A stretch of 64,000 bases of DNA from a virus. Where the stretch lies: positions 32,001 to 96,000 of the IMG/VR virus record IMGVR_UViG_3300005690_000024; one strand, given 5' to 3'. Below, one piece after another: positions 59,376-64,000 of the stretch (positions within the stretch are counted from its first letter, which is position 1; each line of letters opens with the position of its first letter). Under the pieces are notes generated by a model. The model had not been told where the DNA came from, made no database searches, and saw nothing but the letters and a program-made list of their open reading frames with translations. Position numbers and translations under genes: made by a program.

Positions 59376-60443
59376 ATGGCTGAGAAGATTTATCCCGCGC
59401 TGATATCGATCAAGCGGAATGTTGGGGCGATCGAGAAGGGTCGGAAGTACGACGCTGCGGGCACAAAGTTCAACTATCGTGGCACAGACGACGTGATCGA
59501 TGTCGTGTTCCCGTTGCTGAATGAGTTCGGGGTGATTCTCGTTCCGAAAGTGCTGGAGGTTGTGGACGCGACTTCGGGCAAGACGAATCCGACACCGATG
59601 GTGCGAGTTCGTTGTGAGTTTCGGTTCTATGCGGAAGACGGATCGTTCGTCGAGTGTATCACAGTCGGCCAGGCTCAGGCGGCATCCGACAAGGCGGCAA
59701 CGGCAGCTCAGTCAGTGGCAACACGAATTGCATTGTGTCAGACGCTGACGATTCCATATGAGATGACTGATCCTGAAGACCTCGACATGGATTCACAGGA
59801 CCGTCGCAATCGATCCAAGGCGGCGACAGCGTTCCTGTCAGACCTGAGTACATGCATTTCAGGCAAGGCGTTGATTGAGATTATGAAACTTGCCGTGAAG
59901 GGTGTGGAGACTGGCACGGGCATGAGTCGTGCCGAGTTTGGTTCACTGGAACAGGATGTTGCAGCAGCCGCCCGCAAGTGTAAGTACAACGAGACTCAGG
60001 TAAAGGAGTGGATCGAGAAGGTTCGGTTCTATGCATCTGGAGGCGTGACAGATCCTGTGGGAACAGAGGGTTCGACTCCAGCAGAGAAAGCAGCAGAGAC
60101 GCCTACTGTTACGGCTCAGAGTGCAGAGTCGATCCTGACGGCACTGATGGCAGCCACCAATCGCAGTGAGCGAGAGAGTGCGGTGATCTCAGCATGTCAG
60201 TCAGTGTTGAATGGGCTTGACGTTGCATCACTGGCTGAAGTGGCCGATGCGTGCAAGATTTCAGACGACACGTCGGTGTTCTTCTTTGGTGCGATCCTGA
60301 GAGCACAGAACTCATCTGAGATCAGTGGCACCCAGGATCAGATCAACAGTGCTGAGATCACGACCAAGGCGGGCAAGATCGGCAAGGAAGTGGCGAACGC
60401 CCTCCGTCAGTTCGCTCAGTTCCGACTGAAGGGTCTGGCATAA
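59376..60443 (+). CDS. ERF-family ssDNA-annealing protein
   Basis: FNYRGTDDVIDVVFPLLNEFGV...DKAATAAQSVATRIALCQTLTIP...DP. Confidence 0.8.
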   Translation: MAEKIYPALISIKRNVGAIEKGRKYDAAGTKFNYRGTDDVIDVVFPLLNEFGVILVPKVLEVVDATSGKTNPTPMVRVRCEFRFYAEDGSFVECITVGQAQAASDKAATAAQSVATRIALCQTLTIPYEMTDPEDLDMDSQDRRNRSKAATAFLSDLSTCISGKALIEIMKLAVKGVETGTGMSRAEFGSLEQDVAAAARKCKYNETQVKEWIEKVRFYASGGVTDPVGTEGSTPAEKAAETPTVTAQSAESILTALMAATNRSERESAVISACQSVLNGLDVASLAEVADACKISDDTSVFFFGAILRAQNSSEISGTQDQINSAEITTKAGKIGKEVANALRQFAQFRLKGLA

Positions 60444-61241
60444 TGAGCAAGGATAAGCGGAGTTACTGTCGGTACTGTGGCTGTGAGCGGAACTTTCCGA
60501 AAGGTCTGTGCGAGGGATGCGCGATGGTTCCTCGCCCGGCGTTGAAGCGGAACAAGCAGGTTTGCGTGTCGAACTGCAATAAGTGTACGGCAAAGTTGGC
60601 AGAAGTGAGTGAAACCTGTGTGACGTGCATGGGATGTGGGACTGTGTTGAAGTTCTTCAAGGAGAATGAGAAGTGAAGATGGCAGTGCGAGTTTCAATGG
60701 TTGTTATTTTTTCAAAGCATGGCGGCGTCGACTTCATTAAGAAGTTTGATGACAAGTACGAGGCAGAAGACTACGCAAAAGACCTTGCAAAAGATGACTG
60801 CGAGAGGGTCGTCTATGTGCTGGACACGGTCTCCGCATTCCAGTCCGTACCGAATGTTGAAAAGTGCCTTCTGAAGTATGCGGATAAGGAAGCGACGGTG
60901 CCAGCCTTGGAACCAGTTGAGGTTCCTGTACAGCCAGGACTGAGCGGCGTATCGGTCGTGGAGGGATTCTGATGGATCGTCGACGTGTGAAGTCACTCAG
61001 TGTTTCGGAGCGATGCCTGAACGCACTGTTGAGTCAGCAGTTTACGAACCAGATGGAACTTGTGGTTCCAGTCTGTAATGACCTGCCATCGGACTTTGAG
61101 GTCCAGCGTGTCGAGTACGACTATCAGCGTGGTTCGTTCGTACTACTGATCTGGAGTGCGTCCTTCGACGTTGTTCCGAACGGGCGCGAACCCGAGTGGA
61201 TTGAGACTGAGGAAAAACGCAGGACGTTCATCGCTGTTTGA
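60443..61241 (+). CDS. Three small ORFs (60443-60676 Cys-rich Zn-finger, 60673-60972, 60972-61241)
   Basis: Overlapping starts and stops. The first has several CxxC pairs. Confidence 0.55.
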
Positions 61242-61328
61242 ATCGGTTGTTGAGTAGGTTCCGTGTGCAGCAAGTGAGTATTCCACTGATTCGCTTGCTT
61301 GTTTATTCAGTGGTGTGGGGATACGAAA

Positions 61329-61796
61329 ATGGCGGCGATTGCAAGAATGGACCAAGAGAAACGAACGGTTGAAGTGAACCGTGTGAAGTTGATTGAGGCG
61401 TTGACGTCCAATCGAGAAAAGCACGTCCAGGAATATGATGAGGCGATGGCAGGCTACAAGGCGGTCCTGCTTTCGAAGATCGACCAGGCTTTCAAGGATG
61501 CGCGGAAGGAGATTGAAGCGAAGTACGAGAAGACAAAGGCAAAGGTCACAAACTTCACGGATGCGGACATCGCAAAGCAGCGAGACAGTTTCACGCTGAT
61601 CGATGCGATTACGGTCGAGATGAAAGTCCCTCGGTCGTATGCGAAGGAGTATGACGCAGCAATCGACATGGCAAAGTGGGATGTGCGCGAAACACTCGAC
61701 CTGACGCATGCAGAGTTCACCTGCTTTGTGAGAGACCAGTGGGATTGGAAGTCAGGGTTCGAAGCGGTGTCGATGCTGTACAAGGCAGCGTTCTGA
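61329..61796 (+). CDS. Helical phage hypothetical protein
   Basis: RTVEVNRVKLIEAL...KHVQEYDEAMAGYK; GGGG RBS. Confidence 0.6.
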   Translation: MAAIARMDQEKRTVEVNRVKLIEALTSNREKHVQEYDEAMAGYKAVLLSKIDQAFKDARKEIEAKYEKTKAKVTNFTDADIAKQRDSFTLIDAITVEMKVPRSYAKEYDAAIDMAKWDVRETLDLTHAEFTCFVRDQWDWKSGFEAVSMLYKAAF

Positions 61797-61850
61797 CAGA
61801 GCCTGACTTTCAGGGGCGTGTTGGGTATAGTTACTGAAGAGGGTTGAGGC

Positions 61851-62966
61851 GTGCCGGATTTCACTTGTGATGTAGAGGATATCACGATCGATGAGACGAT
61901 CTATCAGCGGGCTGAGATTCGGCAGGATATTGTAGATGACCTGGTTGCACTGATCGATAACGCAGGGTCCGATGTTTGGCCGTTTGCAACAAGAGTGCAA
62001 GTGTGCCGAATCGGAACGAAACTGTTCGTCACGGATGGGGCTCACCGTGTCGAGGCGTGTCGTGTGCGTAAACTTCGCGTTGACGTCAGCATGAAGACGG
62101 TCACCCGTGAGGAGGCGGTTCTGGAAGGCATCAAAGCCAACGGAACGCACGGGGCGAAACGATCAGCAGCGGATACACGCAAGGCTGTCTATTCAGCCGC
62201 TATGTTGTTTCCGGACATGAGCAACCAGGTCATCGCAAATCATATGAGTGTCACAGCGGAGACTGTGCGCAAGTATCGATCGGAACTGGACATTGAGCAG
62301 CCCGAGAAGCGAAAGGGGATTGATGGGGTTGAAAGAAGTGCGAAAAAGAACAACAGAAAGAAAAAATCGACAGCGAGTGAGGCAGGTTCTGAACCTAATA
62401 GTAGTCAAGCACAAGAAGAAGAAAAAGTAGTCGTCCGAGAAGAACCTGTTGTTGTAGCTCCCGTCGAACCAGAGGTGCGTCTGACGGTCGAGCAGAAGTA
62501 TGAGCAGCAGTGGCTGCAGTTGATTGCTGGGCTGAAGGAGAAAGAGGTCGCGGAACTCACGGAATGGGTTGCCGACTTTCATAGGCTTGTGATGCCAGCC
62601 AAGCGGGACACGTTGTTTCCAGTTGAGAAAGAGCGTGACGTTTCGATCAGGCGGCGCAGAAAGCCGACCGAGATGGAGTTTGAACAGTTCTGGAATGTGT
62701 ATCCACGAAAGACAAATAAGCTCAAAGCCAAGACAGCGATGGATAAAGCGTTTCGGCTGCTTACGAGCACCTTGGAACCAGATCAGGTAATGGACAAGCT
62801 TGTTAGTGCGGCAAAATTGTATCGTGATCGTTGCAATCCAGACCCAGAGTACCAGATGCACCCGAGTAGTTGGTTGAATGCTGGTCGATGGGAAGATGCT
62901 CCAGATTCTATCGGCAAGAAGAAAGACGGCGGTTCCTGGCAGTACGGCATGTTTACGGAGGAGTGA
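61851..62966 (+). CDS. Replication initiator with a ParB-like N-terminal domain
   Basis: N-terminal LFVTDGAHRVEA (ParB/Srx); C-terminal FEQFWNVYPRKTNKLKA...MHPSSWLNAGRWED, typical of phage replication proteins upstream of dnaC. Confidence 0.78.
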   Translation: MPDFTCDVEDITIDETIYQRAEIRQDIVDDLVALIDNAGSDVWPFATRVQVCRIGTKLFVTDGAHRVEACRVRKLRVDVSMKTVTREEAVLEGIKANGTHGAKRSAADTRKAVYSAAMLFPDMSNQVIANHMSVTAETVRKYRSELDIEQPEKRKGIDGVERSAKKNNRKKKSTASEAGSEPNSSQAQEEEKVVVREEPVVVAPVEPEVRLTVEQKYEQQWLQLIAGLKEKEVAELTEWVADFHRLVMPAKRDTLFPVEKERDVSIRRRRKPTEMEFEQFWNVYPRKTNKLKAKTAMDKAFRLLTSTLEPDQVMDKLVSAAKLYRDRCNPDPEYQMHPSSWLNAGRWEDAPDSIGKKKDGGSWQYGMFTEE

Positions 62967-62968
62967 GT

Positions 62969-63583
62969 GTGGATGAGTTGTTCCCCGGTTATGACCGCAT
63001 GGTGGCAATCTTCGGAAAGCGTCATGCGGTCTGTGAGTTGAATAACTATGACGTTGGAGCAGACAAGTACTCCAAAGATCGTAAGGCGGCGTTGAGTGCG
63101 ATCACTGACTACTGCAAGAATCTCGCGGTAAATGTGGCTGAAGGCAAGAACGTGATCCTGATTGGGAACGTCGGCACAGGCAAGGATCACTTGGCAGCGT
63201 CGATTGTTCGGGTGGGGTTGCCAATGAAATACACGGCAGCGTCAGTGCGAGGGTCAGTTCTGGCGGCTGAGATGCGAGCCTGTCAGTGTGGCGATGGCGG
63301 AACGAACTATCCGTTGAAGTATGCAGAGCGGGATTTGTTGATCCTGAGTGATGCTGAGCCGCGACATGACGGGAACGGGTCGGAGTTTGAGCAGAAGGCG
63401 TTCCTTGAGCTGGTGGATCAGCGTTATCGGGACGTTAAGCCGACGATCCTCACGAGTAACGTGAAAGAGGTCAAGGATATTGCCAAGGCGATCGGCTTGA
63501 GGGCGTTGGATCGGTTGTGCGAGAACGCGGTTCTTGTGAAGACCTGGTGGCCGAGCTATCGGCAGAGAAATGCGGAGGCGTGA
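62969..63583 (+). CDS. DnaC/IstB-like AAA+ helicase loader
   Basis: GNVGTGKDHLAAS, LLILSD, VDQRY...PTILTSN...RALDRL. GGAGGA RBS. Confidence 0.85.
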   Translation: MDELFPGYDRMVAIFGKRHAVCELNNYDVGADKYSKDRKAALSAITDYCKNLAVNVAEGKNVILIGNVGTGKDHLAASIVRVGLPMKYTAASVRGSVLAAEMRACQCGDGGTNYPLKYAERDLLILSDAEPRHDGNGSEFEQKAFLELVDQRYRDVKPTILTSNVKEVKDIAKAIGLRALDRLCENAVLVKTWWPSYRQRNAEA

Positions 63584-64000
63584 TGCGGGTTTGTATTGTA
63601 GATGGCGAGGTTCCTCGGTTGTATCTGGAACCAGAGACGATGCGGGATCAGATGTGGGTTACTCGCCTTCTGGAGAAGTACGTGATTGTCGGTCACGGGG
63701 CGAACGTGAACGGCGCCCATCTGCATGTGGAGATCCCGCTGTGCCGCCTGGATGGCAAGGATCGACACATTGAGTTTGTGAGGGACCAGTTCAAGAGGAT
63801 GGGGGAGACCGATGAGTAGACAGCCGAAGTTCAGGGTTATTGAGCACAAAAAGGTGAATCGGATCACAGGTGCAGTTGAGTCGTATTTCACGGTTGAAGA
63901 GTTGACTCATCCGTGGTGGAAGCTCTTTCGTGGCGTTTGGAAAGATGCTGTGTTTGTTGTGAATTACGCATGGCAGGATGTTGTTTTTAAGTTTCAAACA
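63580..64000 (+). CDS. Hypothetical ORF 63580-63819 and a 3'-truncated ORF from 63812
   Basis: Overlapping starts. The last ORF runs off the window. Confidence 0.45.

Larger units (their letters stand above)
3828..61835 (+). promoter_or_regulatory. Dispersed motif (TT)GCGTATAG(G/T)YACT, about 24 copies
   Basis: TATAG starts at 3831, 14173, 15773, 16441, 17314, 18394, 19937, 23905, 27827, 28047, 31680, 32924, 33596, 38267, 41999, 43797, 46615, 48520, 50850, 52472, 53919, 56624, 61826, plus a CATAGG variant at 59357. Most copies are just upstream of a start codon. Confidence 0.8.

Noticed and set aside
789-63997. Minus-strand ORFs in the track (for example 39610-40515, 53814-54668, 62193-63008)
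   Set aside because: All are antisense shadows of well-supported + genes, Ser/Arg/Pro/His-rich, with no motifs.

Overview
64 kb of a large temperate tailed-phage genome, most likely infecting a Planctomycete (inferred from the protein families). Essentially every credible gene is on the + strand. Layout: end of the tail module (1-9 kb, opening inside a tape-measure-like ORF); a PRTase-HAD, glycosyltransferase and methyltransferase cluster; an atypical lysis-like module with holin-like genes and a papain-type protease; a triple ribbon-helix-helix regulator; then about 47 kb of early and middle genes. Those include an SMC-like ATPase, a nucleotidyltransferase, an intact attP (3' half of tRNA-Thr-CGT) with integrase and Xis-like HTH, ThyX, a metallophosphoesterase, an MmcB-like nuclease, SSB, an RNA ligase, DnaN, Dam, a GNAT, an SF2 helicase, a C5-MTase, ParB-like proteins, a RecE-like nuclease, ERF, a replication initiator and a DnaC-like loader. 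Main discoveries: (1) three integron-type gene cassettes with three attC hairpins (24290-25249), in reversed polarity relative to their ORFs and with no IntI in the window; removing them restores a continuous reading frame; (2) a GCGTATAG(G/T)YACT motif in about 24 copies upstream of genes, probably a phage promoter regulon; (3) a 1.1-kb non-coding region full of triloop hairpins, containing three covarying CAGCGNAGCGT stem-loops and two copies of a 22-bp palindromic repeat; (4) a C5-MTase with a nested +1-frame ORF carrying motif IX. All coordinates and counts were read by eye and no searches were run. Many start codons were re-chosen from the ORF track using RBS and overlap evidence.
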